From Atribacterota bacterium (lineage in GTDB: Bacteria > Atribacterota > Phoenicimicrobiia > Phoenicimicrobiales > Stramentimicrobiaceae): a stretch of DNA of 64,000 bases. Position numbers and translations under genes: made by a program. The notes below the pieces were generated by a model, which worked only from the letters and a program-made list of their open reading frames with translations, was not told where the DNA came from and ran no database searches. This document shows positions 10,324 through 22,695 of this stretch, piece after piece (position 1 is the first letter of the stretch; each line of letters begins with the position of its first letter). The stretch is taken from positions 24,105 through 88,104 of the forward strand of contig JAQVGY010000001.1 in NCBI GenBank assembly GCA_028696495.1. The letters are read 5' to 3'.

Positions 10324-13300
10324 TTAATTTTTATCAATATTTTCTTCTGGTTTGTCAATAATATTATTGTTTTGTTGCTCAATAATATTCTCTTCCTTAC
10401 TCTCTTCCAGAGTTTCTCTCTCTAATTCTTCTTCATATTGAGAGGTTATTTCAACATCCCTGTATCTTGATAAACCAGTCCCAGCTGGTATCATGTTTCC
10501 AATAATTACGTTTTCTTTCAATCCAAACAGGTAATCAACTTTTCCTTTAATTGAAGCATTTGTTAAAACATGGGTAGTTCTTTGAAAAGAAGCCCCGGAC
10601 AAAAAGCTTTCAGTCGACAAAGAGGCCTGGGTTATTCCCTGTATAATAGGCATTCCTACTGCAGGTAACTTTATCCTCTTCATAAAACCAATATTTTCCA
10701 TTAGCAAAATAGATTCCTGTAGACTGTGCTCAGTTCTGTACATAATTTGCTCAATATTTTGTTGAAAGAATAAATTGGCATTATTCTTGGTGATTTTCTC
10801 ACCAGCTGAAATTAGTATTTTACCAGTATTGTCATCAATAATATCTTGGGCAACTATCTTTCCAACAAGGTTATGGTAGATATAGTCCAGTGTTCTTCCT
10901 TCTAAAGAAAAGAAATGACCATCTTCTAAAGGAATATCACTAATCCCTGCTGAATATGCTTTTCTGATAATATTCTTACTTACCAGTTGCCCCATATCAG
11001 CAATAACATTTCCCGTTTTAGAGTCTTTTAATTCCTCACCCAATTTTTTCCCTATTACATCATCTTTGGTGTAGCTTAATAGATTCTCCTTAATATTAAC
11101 CTCTTTTATATCACTCCAAACAACTATTTCTTTATTCTGGCTACCTAATATGCTTTCTATATCATTTTCATTTAAAATTGTATTGGCAGAAACTATAATA
11201 TTCTGTCCATCACGATCTTTGATATCTTGAGCAACCATCTTCCCAATTAATTTAGTTTTAATACCAGGATTAAAAATGCTAATCCTTGTAACACCATTTT
11301 TTACCAATTCAAGAGCTGTTTCCCTTGTTATCTTACTTCCGATAAGTTTTTGCAAATCGAGTTTATCAGATTCACTTTCTTCATTACTTTTAATGGCTGT
11401 ACTACCATTTGAGATATTATCGATAAGAATATGGTCTTTAATGCGTTCAACAAAATTAATCTCTCCTTGAACAATATTATCTAAATTGCCCTGCTCATCA
11501 AGAATTTCAAAGCTTTGACATTCTAAATTCTCAATTTTTTTAATAATATTCTCATCAATAAGGGTATTTTCAGCAACGATATTTTCATTTTTATTGCCTG
11601 TTAAACAATTAACCAGGGTTTTATTTAAGAGTAACTCCCTATTTCTATTTCGAATTTCTTCATTTTCTTGGGCTACTTTCTTATTAGCCTGTTCAAAATC
11701 TGAAACATATACCAGCTCTCCAGAAAGCAAATCAGAGTCACGTGATGACCTTACATATATTTTATTTAGACGGGCAATCTGCCTTACAATCACCTCAATA
11801 TGCTTATCATTGATGGTAACTCCCTGTGAACGATAAACTTCCTGAACTTGTTCCAGAAGGTATTTTTGAACAGCCTTAATACCCTGTATTCTTAAAATAT
11901 CGTTTGGATCAATGAATCCGGTAGTTAATTTTTGACCAGCACTAATTTCTTGTCCTTCTTCCACCACAATCCTTAAATCCTTAGGAATTGAATAGACTTT
12001 ATTTTTAGTTTCTTTATTCTTTCCAGATGTAACTTCTGCCTCGGGTTTAATAACAATATCTTTTCTAAATGTTTCAGGCTCATCTTTTATTTGGTCAACA
12101 AATCCGTTTATCTCACTTATAATAGCCTGTTTTTTTGGTTTTCTTACTTCAAATAGCTGTTCAACTCTTGGTAAACCTAAAGTAATATCTTCACCTGTGA
12201 TTTTGATTCCACCGGTATGGAAAGTCCGCAATGTTAGCTGTGTTCCTGGTTCGCCAATAGATTGAGCAGCAATTGTTCCAACTGCTTCACCAATAGTCAC
12301 CATTTTACCAGTTGCCAAATCTTTACCATAACATTTTACACAAATACCCTGTTTAGAGGCACAGGTTAGGGGTGAACGAATCATAACTTCTTTTATGCCT
12401 GAATCAGCGATTTTTTTGGCTATTTTTTCATCAATTATTTCACCTTTAAGTATAATTGTTTCACCACTATCATTGTCTAAAATATCCTCCTGGGCTACTC
12501 TTCCAACTATCCTTTCTTCTAACTTTTCAATGATATTACCATCTTCCTGAATATCAGAAACGATTACACCATCATTAGTCCCGCAATCTTCCTCGGTAAT
12601 GATAACATCCTGTGCCACATCGATTAATCTTCTGGTCAGGTAACCTGATTTAGATGTTCTAAGGGCTGTATCTGCCAGGCCCTTTCTAGCTCCATGAGTT
12701 GAGATGAAATATTCTAGACAGGATAGCCCCTCTCTAAAATTAGAACGTATAGGAAACTCGATTATTTTTCCAGAAGGATCAGCCATTAAACCTCTCATAC
12801 CGGCTAATTGACCAATCTGTCTTCTGCTTCCACGAGCACCTGAGTCAGCCATCATATAAAGTGGGTTGAAGCTTCTAAGATGACTTAAAATAGCAGTTAC
12901 AACTTTATCAGCTGCATCGGTCCAGGCATTAATAATTTTTTCTACTCTCTCTTCTTCCATAATTAAACCATAGTTGAATTGTTCCTTAATTTTAGCAACT
13001 TCAATTTCTGCTTCTTCTAATATTTTTTCTTTTTCAGATGGAATCTCTAAATCTATAATTCCAATAGTCACACCAGATTTAGTAGCAAAGTTAAAGCCCA
13101 ATTCTTTTATATCATCCAGGCATTTTACAGTAATCTCCTGGCCGTACTGACGATAAAGGTAGGAGATAATCCTGGCTAATGCTTTCTTGGTGATGGTAAG
13201 GTCAACAAATTTCATATCTTCAGGCAAAACCTGGTTAAATATGACACGGCCAATTGTTGTTTCTTCAATATTATCTTTAATTCTTACTTTGATGGTAGCA

Positions 13301-15444
13301 TGAACATCTACATACCCCTCTTCTTGTGCCCTAATAGCCTCTTCTGGATTGGCAAATATTTTGCCTTCTCCTTTTGTTCCCTTCACTTTCATGGTTAAAT
13401 AATAACATCCCAGGATTATATCTTGAGATGGCAAAGCTATAGGGATGCCATTCGCAGGTGATAGAACATTGTTGGTGGCTAACATTAGCATTTCTGCCTC
13501 GGTCTGCGCCTCTGTAGACAAAGGAACATGTACTGCCATCTGGTCACCATCAAAATCAGCATTAAAAGCAGGGCAAGCTAAGGGGTGGAGCTGAATGGCA
13601 TTGCCTTCTACCAATACCGGTTTAAAAACCTGAATACCGAGCCGGTGTAATGTTGGAGCCCTGTTCAATAAAACAGGGCGGTCTTCAACAATTTCCTGTA
13701 ATATATTCCATATTTCTGGAGATTCCTGTTCAATCAACTTTTTGGCAGTTTTAATATTGTGGGCTAATTTTCTTTTAACTAAATGGTGCATTACAAATGG
13801 TTTAAATAATTCTAAAGCCATTTTTTTAGGAATTCCACATTGATCTAATTTTAATTTAGGTCCAACGACAATTACCGAACGACCAGAATAGTCAACCCTC
13901 TTACCTAATAGATTCTGTCTGAATCTGCCTTTTTTCCCTTCTAATAAATCACTCAATGATTTAAGAGGACGATTGCCAGCTCCCAGTACTGCATGACCCC
14001 TTCTTCCATTGTTAATTAAAGCATCAACTGCCTCTTGTAACATTCTTTTTTCATTTTTAATAATAATATCTGGCGCACTTAACTCTAATAATCTTTTTAA
14101 CCGGTTATTTCGGTTAATAACTCTGCGATAAAGATCATTTAAATCAGAAGTTGCAAATCTACCCCCTTCCAACTGTACCATCGGCCTCAAATCTGGAGGG
14201 ATTACCGGCAAAACATCCAAAATCATCCATTCTGGCTTCCCATGACTTTTTCTAAAGGCTTCGGTAATTTGCAACCTTTTTATCATTTTTTTAGCCTTTT
14301 GACCGGAGGAATGTTTTAGTTCTTCCCTCAACTCCATATTTAAAGAATCTAAATTAATATTTTTTAATAAATTTTTTATAGCTTCTGCACCAATTTCTGC
14401 TCTAAAATCTGAATCATAATGAGAATATAGTCTTTTTTCTAACTCTAAAATTATATCTCCAACTTTATGGCTTGTTTCACCTGGATTAATTATCACATAA
14501 CAAGATTCTTCAATTGTTTGCTTTGCCATAGAAGTCCTCTTTGGCAATCCTGGTTCCTGTTCTGCCAAAAGTGTCAATTTACTCTCAGATATTAATCCAT
14601 CTATTTCTATAATCTTATAAGTATTAGCACTATCCTGTTCCGAGCTTTCGTCTAAATGGATAATCTCAGGTATTTCCTCTTCTTTTTCTTCTTTAATCTC
14701 ATCAGGTTCTAAATCTTCAATTCCTTCTTCTAAATCATTTTCATCATCTAAAATAACACTGGGTTCGTAGGGTAGATTCAATTCAACGGTAAAAAATAGT
14801 TTTCCAAATGTTCCCTGTAACTCCTCCAGCCTCTCAGCAGTGATGATTTCCCCAACTTTATGAGGAAATATCTTTAATTGATTAACCCTATATAGCAACT
14901 CAGCATCAAAATTAGAATTATAAGTTTTATGTATTCTAAATTCGGTTTCTGTAATAATTTTACTTTCGAAATAATCACCGAAAGAATCGTTTTCTGTACT
15001 ATCACCTATCTCTTTAATCTCATATAACTGTTCCCGTCTTCTATCTGGTGCGAAGTAAAGAATTTTTTCTAAATTCCTTGGAGAAATATTTAATAATAAA
15101 GAAAGTGGACTGGGAATACCCTTAAAATACCAGACATGAGAAACCGGGCAGGCTAACTCAATATGTCCCATCCTCTCACGCCGCGTTATTGATTTTGTAA
15201 CTTCAACTCCACAGCGATCACAGATAACACCTTTATATCTGATTCTCTTATATTTACCACAACTACATTCCCAGTCTTTGACCGGCCCAAAAATCCTTTC
15301 ACAAAATAACCCATCTTTTTCAGGCTTAAGGGTTCTGTAATTAATGGTTTCTGGTTTTTTAACTTCTCCATATGACCATTTGCGAATATCTTCTGGTGAA
15401 GCTAATCCTATTGCAATAGCATTAATTTTTTCAGAAATTTCCAA
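10324..15444 (-). CDS. rpoC: DNA-directed RNA polymerase subunit beta-prime (1706 aa, with large lineage-specific insertions)
   Basis: Zn-ribbon CX2C...CX2[13 protein letters not shown] catalytic motif, bridge helix, short trigger loop (TFHTGG...[10 protein letters not shown]), C-terminal [18 protein letters not shown]. Two extra blocks: about 175 aa after the N-terminal Zn ribbon and about 330 aa before [12 protein letters not shown]. Confidence 0.95.
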   Translation of the reverse strand: MEISEKINAIAIGLASPEDIRKWSYGEVKKPETINYRTLKPEKDGLFCERIFGPVKDWECSCGKYKRIRYKGVICDRCGVEVTKSITRRERMGHIELACPVSHVWYFKGIPSPLSLLLNISPRNLEKILYFAPDRRREQLYEIKEIGDSTENDSFGDYFESKIITETEFRIHKTYNSNFDAELLYRVNQLKIFPHKVGEIITAERLEELQGTFGKLFFTVELNLPYEPSVILDDENDLEEGIEDLEPDEIKEEKEEEIPEIIHLDESSEQDSANTYKIIEIDGLISESKLTLLAEQEPGLPKRTSMAKQTIEESCYVIINPGETSHKVGDIILELEKRLYSHYDSDFRAEIGAEAIKNLLKNINLDSLNMELREELKHSSGQKAKKMIKRLQITEAFRKSHGKPEWMILDVLPVIPPDLRPMVQLEGGRFATSDLNDLYRRVINRNNRLKRLLELSAPDIIIKNEKRMLQEAVDALINNGRRGHAVLGAGNRPLKSLSDLLEGKKGRFRQNLLGKRVDYSGRSVIVVGPKLKLDQCGIPKKMALELFKPFVMHHLVKRKLAHNIKTAKKLIEQESPEIWNILQEIVEDRPVLLNRAPTLHRLGIQVFKPVLVEGNAIQLHPLACPAFNADFDGDQMAVHVPLSTEAQTEAEMLMLATNNVLSPANGIPIALPSQDIILGCYYLTMKVKGTKGEGKIFANPEEAIRAQEEGYVDVHATIKVRIKDNIEETTIGRVIFNQVLPEDMKFVDLTITKKALARIISYLYRQYGQEITVKCLDDIKELGFNFATKSGVTIGIIDLEIPSEKEKILEEAEIEVAKIKEQFNYGLIMEEERVEKIINAWTDAADKVVTAILSHLRSFNPLYMMADSGARGSRRQIGQLAGMRGLMADPSGKIIEFPIRSNFREGLSCLEYFISTHGARKGLADTALRTSKSGYLTRRLIDVAQDVIITEEDCGTNDGVIVSDIQEDGNIIEKLEERIVGRVAQEDILDNDSGETIILKGEIIDEKIAKKIADSGIKEVMIRSPLTCASKQGICVKCYGKDLATGKMVTIGEAVGTIAAQSIGEPGTQLTLRTFHTGGIKITGEDITLGLPRVEQLFEVRKPKKQAIISEINGFVDQIKDEPETFRKDIVIKPEAEVTSGKNKETKNKVYSIPKDLRIVVEEGQEISAGQKLTTGFIDPNDILRIQGIKAVQKYLLEQVQEVYRSQGVTINDKHIEVIVRQIARLNKIYVRSSRDSDLLSGELVYVSDFEQANKKVAQENEEIRNRNRELLLNKTLVNCLTGNKNENIVAENTLIDENIIKKIENLECQSFEILDEQGNLDNIVQGEINFVERIKDHILIDNISNGSTAIKSNEESESDKLDLQKLIGSKITRETALELVKNGVTRISIFNPGIKTKLIGKMVAQDIKDRDGQNIIVSANTILNENDIESILGSQNKEIVVWSDIKEVNIKENLLSYTKDDVIGKKLGEELKDSKTGNVIADMGQLVSKNIIRKAYSAGISDIPLEDGHFFSLEGRTLDYIYHNLVGKIVAQDIIDDNTGKILISAGEKITKNNANLFFQQNIEQIMYRTEHSLQESILLMENIGFMKRIKLPAVGMPIIQGITQASLSTESFLSGASFQRTTHVLTNASIKGKVDYLFGLKENVIIGNMIPAGTGLSRYRDVEITSQYEEELERETLEESKEENIIEQQNNNIIDKPEENIDKN

Positions 15445-15598
15445 CCGAATTACCTCCCCGTTTTTAATAGCTATTAGAACTTTTTAGTTTAAATTTTAAT
15501 AATATTCTTTTATTATTTTTAGCCAATTTGCCTTATAAGGTTTTATTATTAATCGGCATCATGGCAATAATTTAAATTTATCTATCTCTGGATACGTA

Positions 15599-18500
15599 CT
15601 ATATAAAGTCTAAGTCCGGCCTCTCTTTTGTATCCAGGTCTTCTTTGATTTCAATTTCCTTGCCCTCATGGTCCAATACTTTAATATTCAAACAAAGACT
15701 TCTCAATTCTCGTATCAAAACCTTAAATGATTCTGGAATTCCAGGCACAGGAATGTTTTCCCCTTTAACGATAGATTCATATGTTTTAATTCTTCCGGTG
15801 ACATCATCTGATTTAACGGTAAGTATCTCTTGTAAATTATAGGCAGCTCCATATCCCTCTAAAGCCCACACTTCCATCTCTCCAAACCTTTGACCACCAA
15901 ACTGTGCTTTACCACCCAATGGCTGTTGGGTAACTAAAGAGTAAGGCCCCGTAGAACGAGCATGTATCTTATCATCTACCAGGTGAACCAATTTTAATAT
16001 ATAACTATAACCGATGGTAACCTTCTGATCAAAAGGTAGACCAGTTCTACCATCATATAAAACACTTTTTCCATCATTTGGCAGACCAGCTTCAATTAAA
16101 GTCCTTTCAATATCTTCTTCAGTAACACCGTTAAATACCGGGGTAACAATGTTAAGACCAAGGGTTTTTGCTACCCATCCTAAATGTACTTCTAATATCT
16201 GCCCTACATTCATCCTGGAAGGAACCCCAAGTGGGTTTAAAACAATATCCACCGGTGTACCATCAGGTAAAAAGGGCATATCATTTATTGGTAATATCTT
16301 TGCAATTACACCCTTATTTCCATGTCTGCCTGATATCTTATCACCTTCAGATATCTTTCGCTTTTGGGCAATAAATACCTTAACCATTTTATTCACTCCG
16401 GGAGGTATTTCATCACCATTTTCTCTTGAAAAAAGTTTTACATCAATGACTTTTCCTCGGTCACCATGGGGAACCCTGAGTGAAGTATCCCTTACTTCCC
16501 TAGCTTTTTCACCGAAGATTGCTCTGAGCAATCTCTCCTCAGGACCTAATTCTGTCTCCCCTTTGGGAGTTACTTTACCCACTAAGATATCACCTGATTC
16601 CACCTCTGTTCCAATACGAATAATTCCATCTTCATCTAAATTAGCCAGACTGCTTTCCCCAATATTAGGTATATCAGCAGTTATTTCTTCTGGACCTAAT
16701 TTTGTATCACGGGCATCATATTCGTGTTCACTTATATGGATAGAGGTGAAAGTATCATCCTGAACCAATCTTTCACTTATTACTATAGCGTCTTCAAAGT
16801 TATATCCTTCCCAGGCCATATACGCCACCAAAACATTTCGCCCTAATGATAAGAATCCCTGATCTGTATTGGGACCATCAGCAATGGGAGTATCAACAGT
16901 AACTCTTTGTCCTTCCTCAACTATGGGTCTCTGATTAATACAGGTTCCCTGATTAGAACGATGAAACTTTTTTAGATAATACTCATTTGTAACACCCTGA
17001 TTATTTTTTATTACAATACGATTTGCATCAACTCTTTCCACAATACCATCTGTTTCAGCCAAAACAATTGTACCTGAATCATGAGCAACCTTTTTTTCCA
17101 TCCCGGTCATTACCAGAGGCATTTCCGTTTTTACTACAGGAACTGCCTGTCTTTGCATATTGGTTCCCATTAACGCCCTATTAGCATCATCATGATCTAA
17201 GAAAGGAATTAAACTAGCAGAAATGCTGGTCATCTGATTTGGGGCGACATCTATAAAATCAACTTCAGAAGGAGGAACAGTCATATAAACATCTCTATAT
17301 CTACACGGAACATCTTCCTGAATGATTTTGTTATTCTTATCAGTCTTAATATTGATCTGGGCAATTCTATATTGATCTTCCTCATCTGCGGTAAGATAGA
17401 TAATCTTATCAGTAATATGCCCATTCTCTACTTTCCTATATGGTGTTTCAATAAAACCATAATCATTTATTCTGGCATAAATACTTAATGAACCGATTAA
17501 ACCAATATTAGGACCTTCTGGTGTCTCAATAGGGCAAACCCTTCCATAATGGCTGTAATGAACATCACGTACTTCAAATCCAGCTCTTTCCCTGGTTAAT
17601 CCACCAGGACCAAGTGCAGATAGTCTCCTTTTATGAGTAATCTCAGAAAGAGGATTTGTCTGATCCATAAATTGTGATAATTGACTGCTGCCATAGAATT
17701 GCCTTATAGAAGCAACCACAGGTCTGATATTAATCAAAGCTTGTGGAGTCAGGGTAGTAAGATCTGGCTGAATGGTCATTCTCTCTTTAATTACTCTTTC
17801 CATTCTCACCAACCCAATGTAGAATTGATCTAACAATAATTCTCCAATTGTCTTTACTCTTCTATTTCCTAAATGATCAATATCATCAATATGACCAACC
17901 CCATAATAAAGGTTGACCAAATATCTTATAGAGGCTACTAAATCGTCTTTTGTTAATGCATTTCCCTTTTTGACAACCACCGTTGGCTGAATTTGACCAA
18001 TTTTATTAATTAGCTCTAAATCCAGCACCTGACCGTTCTGAGCGACTAACTCGCCAGTCTGGTTATCAATAATATCTTCAACTAAAGAAAGGCCAATATT
18101 ATTTTCATTGATACTTCCTTCTTCTGTATCAAATAAGCTGACAGTAGTCTGCTCTTTTTCGTTATAAACCGAAATTTCTTCATCGTTATTATTATAAACA
18201 AAGACCCTATCAACACTGGAATTATTAATCAATTCAGCAATTTTCTTAATAATATGTGTATCTTTTTTTACCAGTTGTTTGCCAGTAACCGGGTCATAAA
18301 TAGTATTTGCAGTTGTTCTATCCAAAATCCTATTTTGAATATTAAGCTTTTGATTTACTTTATATCTTCCAACATCTGCAAGGTCATATCTTTTTGGATC
18401 AAATAACAATCTATCGAGTAATTGCCTTGTATTTCTTTCTGTAGGCGGTTCGCTTGGCCTTAGCCTTCTAAATATCTCTATCAGGGCTTCTCTCTTATTA

Positions 18501-19192
18501 GTGGTATTATCTTTTATTAATGTCTCCTGAATAACTTCACTACCATCGAATAAATCGATAATTTCTTCGTTGCTTTCATAGCCAAGAGCTCTTAACAGAG
18601 TAGTGGCAGGAATTTTTCTTTTCTTATCGATTCTGACATAAATCATATCATTAGTATCAAACCCAAATTCTAACCAGGAACCTCTGTTGGGAATAATTCT
18701 AAAATTGTAAAGCGACTTGTTTTCGCTGTATTCTTCAATACCATAATAGATACCTGGAGAACGTATAAGTTGATTAACAACAACTCTTTCCGCCCCATTA
18801 ATTGTAAAGCTTCCGCTTTCGGTCATCAGGGGTAGTTCTCCCATAAAAACATCCTGTTCTTTTATTTCCCCGGTTTTTTTATTCAGTAAACTAATCCTTA
18901 CTTCCAATGGTGCAGAATAAGTACAACCCCTTTCCCAGCACTCAAATGGGGAATATTTTGGTTCTTTGATAGAATAACTAATGTAATCAAGAACGAGATT
19001 TCCTGTAAAATCCTGAATAGGAAAGACATCTTTAAACACTTTATGTAATCCAATATCCTTTCTCTCTTCAGGCGGTATATCCTTTTGTAAAAATTTTTGA
19101 AATGACTGTTTCTGAACATCTAGAAAGTCGGGAGGTTCTATATAGTGTTTTATTTTAGAATAATCAACTATATTTAATTTTCTATTCTGCAC
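15599..19192 (-). CDS. rpoB: DNA-directed RNA polymerase subunit beta
   Basis: ORF-track frame 15599-19273 (1224 aa). Conserved beta regions throughout ([49 protein letters not shown]). The preferred start is the GTG at 19192 ([27 protein letters not shown]), preceded by aaggttggtg. The longer frame would start inside the rplL-rpoB hairpin. Confidence 0.9.
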   Translation of the reverse strand: MQNRKLNIVDYSKIKHYIEPPDFLDVQKQSFQKFLQKDIPPEERKDIGLHKVFKDVFPIQDFTGNLVLDYISYSIKEPKYSPFECWERGCTYSAPLEVRISLLNKKTGEIKEQDVFMGELPLMTESGSFTINGAERVVVNQLIRSPGIYYGIEEYSENKSLYNFRIIPNRGSWLEFGFDTNDMIYVRIDKKRKIPATTLLRALGYESNEEIIDLFDGSEVIQETLIKDNTTNKREALIEIFRRLRPSEPPTERNTRQLLDRLLFDPKRYDLADVGRYKVNQKLNIQNRILDRTTANTIYDPVTGKQLVKKDTHIIKKIAELINNSSVDRVFVYNNNDEEISVYNEKEQTTVSLFDTEEGSINENNIGLSLVEDIIDNQTGELVAQNGQVLDLELINKIGQIQPTVVVKKGNALTKDDLVASIRYLVNLYYGVGHIDDIDHLGNRRVKTIGELLLDQFYIGLVRMERVIKERMTIQPDLTTLTPQALINIRPVVASIRQFYGSSQLSQFMDQTNPLSEITHKRRLSALGPGGLTRERAGFEVRDVHYSHYGRVCPIETPEGPNIGLIGSLSIYARINDYGFIETPYRKVENGHITDKIIYLTADEEDQYRIAQINIKTDKNNKIIQEDVPCRYRDVYMTVPPSEVDFIDVAPNQMTSISASLIPFLDHDDANRALMGTNMQRQAVPVVKTEMPLVMTGMEKKVAHDSGTIVLAETDGIVERVDANRIVIKNNQGVTNEYYLKKFHRSNQGTCINQRPIVEEGQRVTVDTPIADGPNTDQGFLSLGRNVLVAYMAWEGYNFEDAIVISERLVQDDTFTSIHISEHEYDARDTKLGPEEITADIPNIGESSLANLDEDGIIRIGTEVESGDILVGKVTPKGETELGPEERLLRAIFGEKAREVRDTSLRVPHGDRGKVIDVKLFSRENGDEIPPGVNKMVKVFIAQKRKISEGDKISGRHGNKGVIAKILPINDMPFLPDGTPVDIVLNPLGVPSRMNVGQILEVHLGWVAKTLGLNIVTPVFNGVTEEDIERTLIEAGLPNDGKSVLYDGRTGLPFDQKVTIGYSYILKLVHLVDDKIHARSTGPYSLVTQQPLGGKAQFGGQRFGEMEVWALEGYGAAYNLQEILTVKSDDVTGRIKTYESIVKGENIPVPGIPESFKVLIRELRSLCLNIKVLDHEGKEIEIKEDLDTKERPDLDFI

Positions 19193-19256
19193 TTTTAACA
19201 CCAACCTTTTTTGAAGATTTATGCAAATTAATATAATATCATTAAAACCGTAAAAA

Positions 19257-19304
19257 GTCAAGAAGATACCCACTTATATTAGAAAATAGGTATCTTCTTT
19301 TTAT
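19257..19304 (-). promoter_or_regulatory. rplL-rpoB intergenic hairpin (candidate attenuator)
   Basis: Perfect 11-bp inverted repeat aagaagatacc / ggtatcttctt with an 18-nt loop. On the transcribed strand it is followed by gac ttttt. It sits between the rplL stop and the preferred rpoB start, analogous to the known L7/L12-beta attenuator. Confidence 0.5.
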
Positions 19305-19409
19305 TATTAATTTAGCTATATTTTATTTACTAGATTAAAAGACAAAAATTTAAATTAATTAACATTATTATACTAATAAATAGGTCTGCATTCTGAAATT
19401 AAATATTAC

Positions 19410-19817
19410 CTATTTAATCTCAACAGTTGCACCAACTGCTTCTAATTTTTCTTTTAATTCCTCGGCTTCTTTCTTTTCGACTTTTTCTTTAACTGCTTTT
19501 GGTGCACCTTCAACCAGGTCTTTTGATTCTTTTAAACCTAAGCCGGTTGCGGCTCTAACTTCTTTGATTACCTTAATCTTATTTGCTCCTATTTCTTTCA
19601 ATATTACATCAAATTCAGTCTTCTCTTCTTCCTGAGCAGCTGATGCTGCGCCCTGGGCAGGAGCGGCAGTTTGAGCCATCATCGGAGCTGCAGCGGTCAC
19701 TCCAAATTTATCTTCTAAAGCTTTAACTAAATCTGCTAATTCTAATACTGTTAATTTTTCAATATTAGCAATAATTTCATTTACTACACTAACATTACTA
19801 TCTGTATCTTTAGACAC
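19410..19817 (-). CDS. rplL: 50S ribosomal protein L7/L12
   Basis: ORF-track frame 19410-19937 (175 aa). The L12 core is [32 protein letters not shown] followed by the Ala-rich hinge and the C-terminal domain [30 protein letters not shown]. The preferred start is the GTG at 19817 with RBS aagagg-taaaa-GTG. The upstream 40 K/E-rich codons may be leader read-through. Confidence 0.85.
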   Translation of the reverse strand: MSKDTDSNVSVVNEIIANIEKLTVLELADLVKALEDKFGVTAAAPMMAQTAAPAQGAASAAQEEEKTEFDVILKEIGANKIKVIKEVRAATGLGLKESKDLVEGAPKAVKEKVEKKEAEELKEKLEAVGATVEIK

Positions 19818-19989
19818 TTTTACCTCTTTTTTATCAAGAATCTCTTCTTTTGATTCTATTTTTTTTGGTTTTTCTATATCTTCTTTTTCTTTAACTACAT
19901 CTTTTTTTGTTTTTTCTTTTTCAGCCAACATTTTCACCCCCTTCCCTGAATCTATATTTCAAATATTTTTCAATGTCTCTATTATACAT

Positions 19990-20520
19990 TTATTCCTTTG
20001 ATTTACTTTTATGAATCTGATCCAATACATTAACTAATGCTAACAAGGATGATTTTAGAGTATAAACAGTCAAGCTAATAGGACTTTTTAGATTACCTAA
20101 TATCCTGGCAAGCAATTCTTCTTTATCAGGTAAGGAAGCAATTCTATCCAACTGTTCCTCTAAATAGATCTTCCCTTCCAGCAATGCTATTATCAATCTT
20201 AATTGATCTTTATTATCTATTGAATATTTCCGCAGCATTTTTACTGGCAGTAAAGTTTCTTCCTGAGCAAAGGCTACAGCAGTACTTCCAGAAAGGGAGC
20301 TGGTTAAACCATCTAACCCAACTTCTTTAGCTGCAATTTTAAATAGGGTATTCTTATATATTTTAAACTTAATATCTTTTTCTCTTAAACTATCCCTGAG
20401 CTCAGTCATACTCTGAACATTGATACCATAATAATTTGATAAAACTACACTTGGCGATCTTTTCAATTCTTCTTTTAATTCTTGAACAATTGATTCCTTT
20501 TTTTCTCTGGATAGTGCCAA
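19990..20520 (-). CDS. rplJ: 50S ribosomal protein L10
   Basis: 176 aa; MALSREKKESIVQELKEELKRSPSVVLSNYYGINVQSMTELR. Confidence 0.92.
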   Translation of the reverse strand: MALSREKKESIVQELKEELKRSPSVVLSNYYGINVQSMTELRDSLREKDIKFKIYKNTLFKIAAKEVGLDGLTSSLSGSTAVAFAQEETLLPVKMLRKYSIDNKDQLRLIIALLEGKIYLEEQLDRIASLPDKEELLARILGNLKSPISLTVYTLKSSLLALVNVLDQIHKSKSKE

Positions 20521-20742
20521 TTAATTTCCTCCTTTCAATATAATTATTGCATACTATTTTGTTTGTGCTATAAATAAAAAAATCCTACCTTAGAATTTAC
20601 TAATTAAGGAAGGATATTTTCCCGAATTCCTGAGCAGGCTGTTTTTGGACAATTATACCTCAGAGATTTTATCAAATCAAATCTTCTTGAAAGTACCTGC
20701 CATCTAAGGATTAATAAAAAATATTTTTTTAAGGAATACCTT
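20521..20742 (-). promoter_or_regulatory. 222-nt untranslated leader upstream of rplJ (expected L10(L12)4 autoregulatory leader)
   Basis: Position and length only. Established knowledge that the rplJ leader carries the L10 binding site. The structure was not verified here. Confidence 0.35.
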
Positions 20743-21453
20743 CTATCTTTTTTCAACCTCACTTAATAATTTCATGGTATCCAATTTAATACCTGGACCC
20801 ATGGTAGAAGAGATTGCAACAGTTAATAAATAACGACCCTTTGAAGTGGGGGGCTTTGCCTTTAAAACAGCCTCCAAAAGGGAATAAAAATTATCAATGA
20901 GCTGCTCATCGGTAAACTCTATCTTACCTAAAACTGAATGAACAATACCAAAACGATCTGCTCTATATTCAACTTTCCCCTTTTTTACTGATAATACAGC
21001 ATTTTTAATATCAAAAGTAACCGAACCAAGTTTAGGATTGGGCATTAAACCCCGAGGTCCTAAGATACGACCTAATTTCCCTACCACCTTCATCATATCA
21101 GGAGTAGCTATAACTGCATCAAAATCTGTCCAGCCGCCTTGAATTTTTTCTGCTAATTCATTACCCCCAACATAATCTGCTTCCGCCTCTTCTGCTTCCT
21201 TTGCCTTTTCCGCTTCTGCAAACACCAAAACCCTGCTCTGTTTACCTGTGCCATGTGGTAATTCTACTGCACCTCTTACCTGCTCTTCCGAGCGTCGGGT
21301 GTTAATACCTAAACGTATCGCTACATCTATAGTCTCAGTAAATTTAGCCCAGCTGAGCTCTTTAGCAAGTTTTATTGCCTCTTCAATTGTGTATAATTTT
21401 GTTTTATCAAATTTATTTAAGCTTTCTGAAAATTTTTTTCCTCTGTTTTTCAA
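20743..21453 (-). CDS. rplA: 50S ribosomal protein L1
   Basis: 236 aa; YTIEEAIKLAKE, FTETIDVAIRLGINTRRSEEQVRGAVELPHGTGK, GPRGLMPNPKLGSVTFD. Confidence 0.93.
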   Translation of the reverse strand: MKNRGKKFSESLNKFDKTKLYTIEEAIKLAKELSWAKFTETIDVAIRLGINTRRSEEQVRGAVELPHGTGKQSRVLVFAEAEKAKEAEEAEADYVGGNELAEKIQGGWTDFDAVIATPDMMKVVGKLGRILGPRGLMPNPKLGSVTFDIKNAVLSVKKGKVEYRADRFGIVHSVLGKIEFTDEQLIDNFYSLLEAVLKAKPPTSKGRYLLTVAISSTMGPGIKLDTMKLLSEVEKR

Positions 21454-21548
21454 CCAGTTTTCCTCCTTGTGGTAATTATGGATTATATCCTCCCACTTTT
21501 TTAAATACAGTATTTTCTCTATTTTTTAATATTATTATTTTTATAAGA

Positions 21549-21971
21549 TTATTCTACTTCTATACCCATACTGCGTATGGTGCCTTCCACAATCTTCATG
21601 GCACTTTCTATATCATGTGCATTTAAATCTGACATTTTCACTTCCGCAATTTCTTTTACTTTATTCCGATTTATTTTAGCAACTTTGATTTTATGAGGTT
21701 CTGAAGAACCTTTTTCTACTTTGGCAGCTTCTTTTACTAAAAAAGAGACCGGGGGTTTTTTACAAATAAAATCAAAAGTCCTGTCTTGATAAACCGTTAT
21801 TATTACAGGAATGATAGTACCAATATCCTGTTTAGTCCTCTCATTGAATGCTTTGCAGAATTCCATTATGTTTAGACCATGCTGTCCCAGAGCCGGACCA
21901 ACCGGCGGTGCCGGGTTTGCTGCTCCAGCAGGAATCTGTAGCTTAATATTTGCAATTATTTTTTTTGCCAT
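21549..21971 (-). CDS. rplK: 50S ribosomal protein L11
   Basis: 140 aa; [43 protein letters not shown]. Confidence 0.95.
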   Translation of the reverse strand: MAKKIIANIKLQIPAGAANPAPPVGPALGQHGLNIMEFCKAFNERTKQDIGTIIPVIITVYQDRTFDFICKKPPVSFLVKEAAKVEKGSSEPHKIKVAKINRNKVKEIAEVKMSDLNAHDIESAMKIVEGTIRSMGIEVE

Positions 21972-22096
21972 TTAAAATTACACCTCTTAATGCTCTATTT
22001 TAGAAACACTCCTTCTTTTGTCTTACACTGAATCTCTTATCTGTTAATTCAAATAATTCAGTAAAACAATAACGCTAAATGATAAGGTTCTCTTAT

Positions 22097-22666
22097 CTAA
22101 TACTTTTCTACATCACCAAATTCTAACTCTACTGAAGTTTCTCGACCAAAAATAGTTAAGAAAACTTTTAACTTGCCCCTCTGAGTATCAATTTCGTTTA
22201 CTTTTCCAGTATATCCAGTAAAAGGACCTGTAATTATATTAACACTGCTACCAATATCAAGGTCAATCTTTGGCTTTTTCTCGCCTTTACCCATCTGTTT
22301 TAATATATTTTCTATTTCATACTCTTGCAAGGCAATGGGTTTCCCCCCGGAACCTACAAATCTAGTAACTCCGGGAGTATTTCTAACGGCATACCATGAT
22401 TCATTGTTCAATTTCATTAAAACAACTACATATCCGGGAAATACTTTTTTCTGTACATACCTTTTTTTACCAGATTTTGTCTCTAATATTCTTTCTGTGG
22501 GTATTAATACGTTGAATATCTGGTCTTCCATACCCATAGATTTAACCCGTTGTTCAAGGTTTGCTTTAACTTTATTTTCATATCCGGAATAGGTATGGAC
22601 AACATACCATTTCTTTTCTTCGATAGATTTTATTATCTTAACTCCCCCTCCCGATGGGGCCTTCAA
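22097..22666 (-). CDS. nusG: transcription termination/antitermination factor NusG
   Basis: 189 aa; KKWYVVHTYSGYENKVKANLEQR (NGN domain), C-terminal KOW GSSVNIITGPFTGYTGKVNEID. Confidence 0.92.
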   Translation of the reverse strand: MKAPSGGGVKIIKSIEEKKWYVVHTYSGYENKVKANLEQRVKSMGMEDQIFNVLIPTERILETKSGKKRYVQKKVFPGYVVVLMKLNNESWYAVRNTPGVTRFVGSGGKPIALQEYEIENILKQMGKGEKKPKIDLDIGSSVNIITGPFTGYTGKVNEIDTQRGKLKVFLTIFGRETSVELEFGDVEKY

Positions 22667-22695
22667 TATAGTTTAATTTATAAGACTTATTCATA

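Noticed and set aside
16149-16763. Plus-strand ORFs of 60-204 aa throughout the window (e.g. 16149-16763, 36026-36577, 26492-26851, 45986-46324, 60649-60993, 62855-63244, 138-479)
   Set aside because: Each lies antisense to a strongly conserved minus-strand gene (rpoB, DUF554, cysS, mreB, rng, the radical-SAM gene, rplN). Their translations are low-complexity S/L/F/I-rich with no recognisable motifs. They are typical antisense shadow ORFs of AT-rich DNA.
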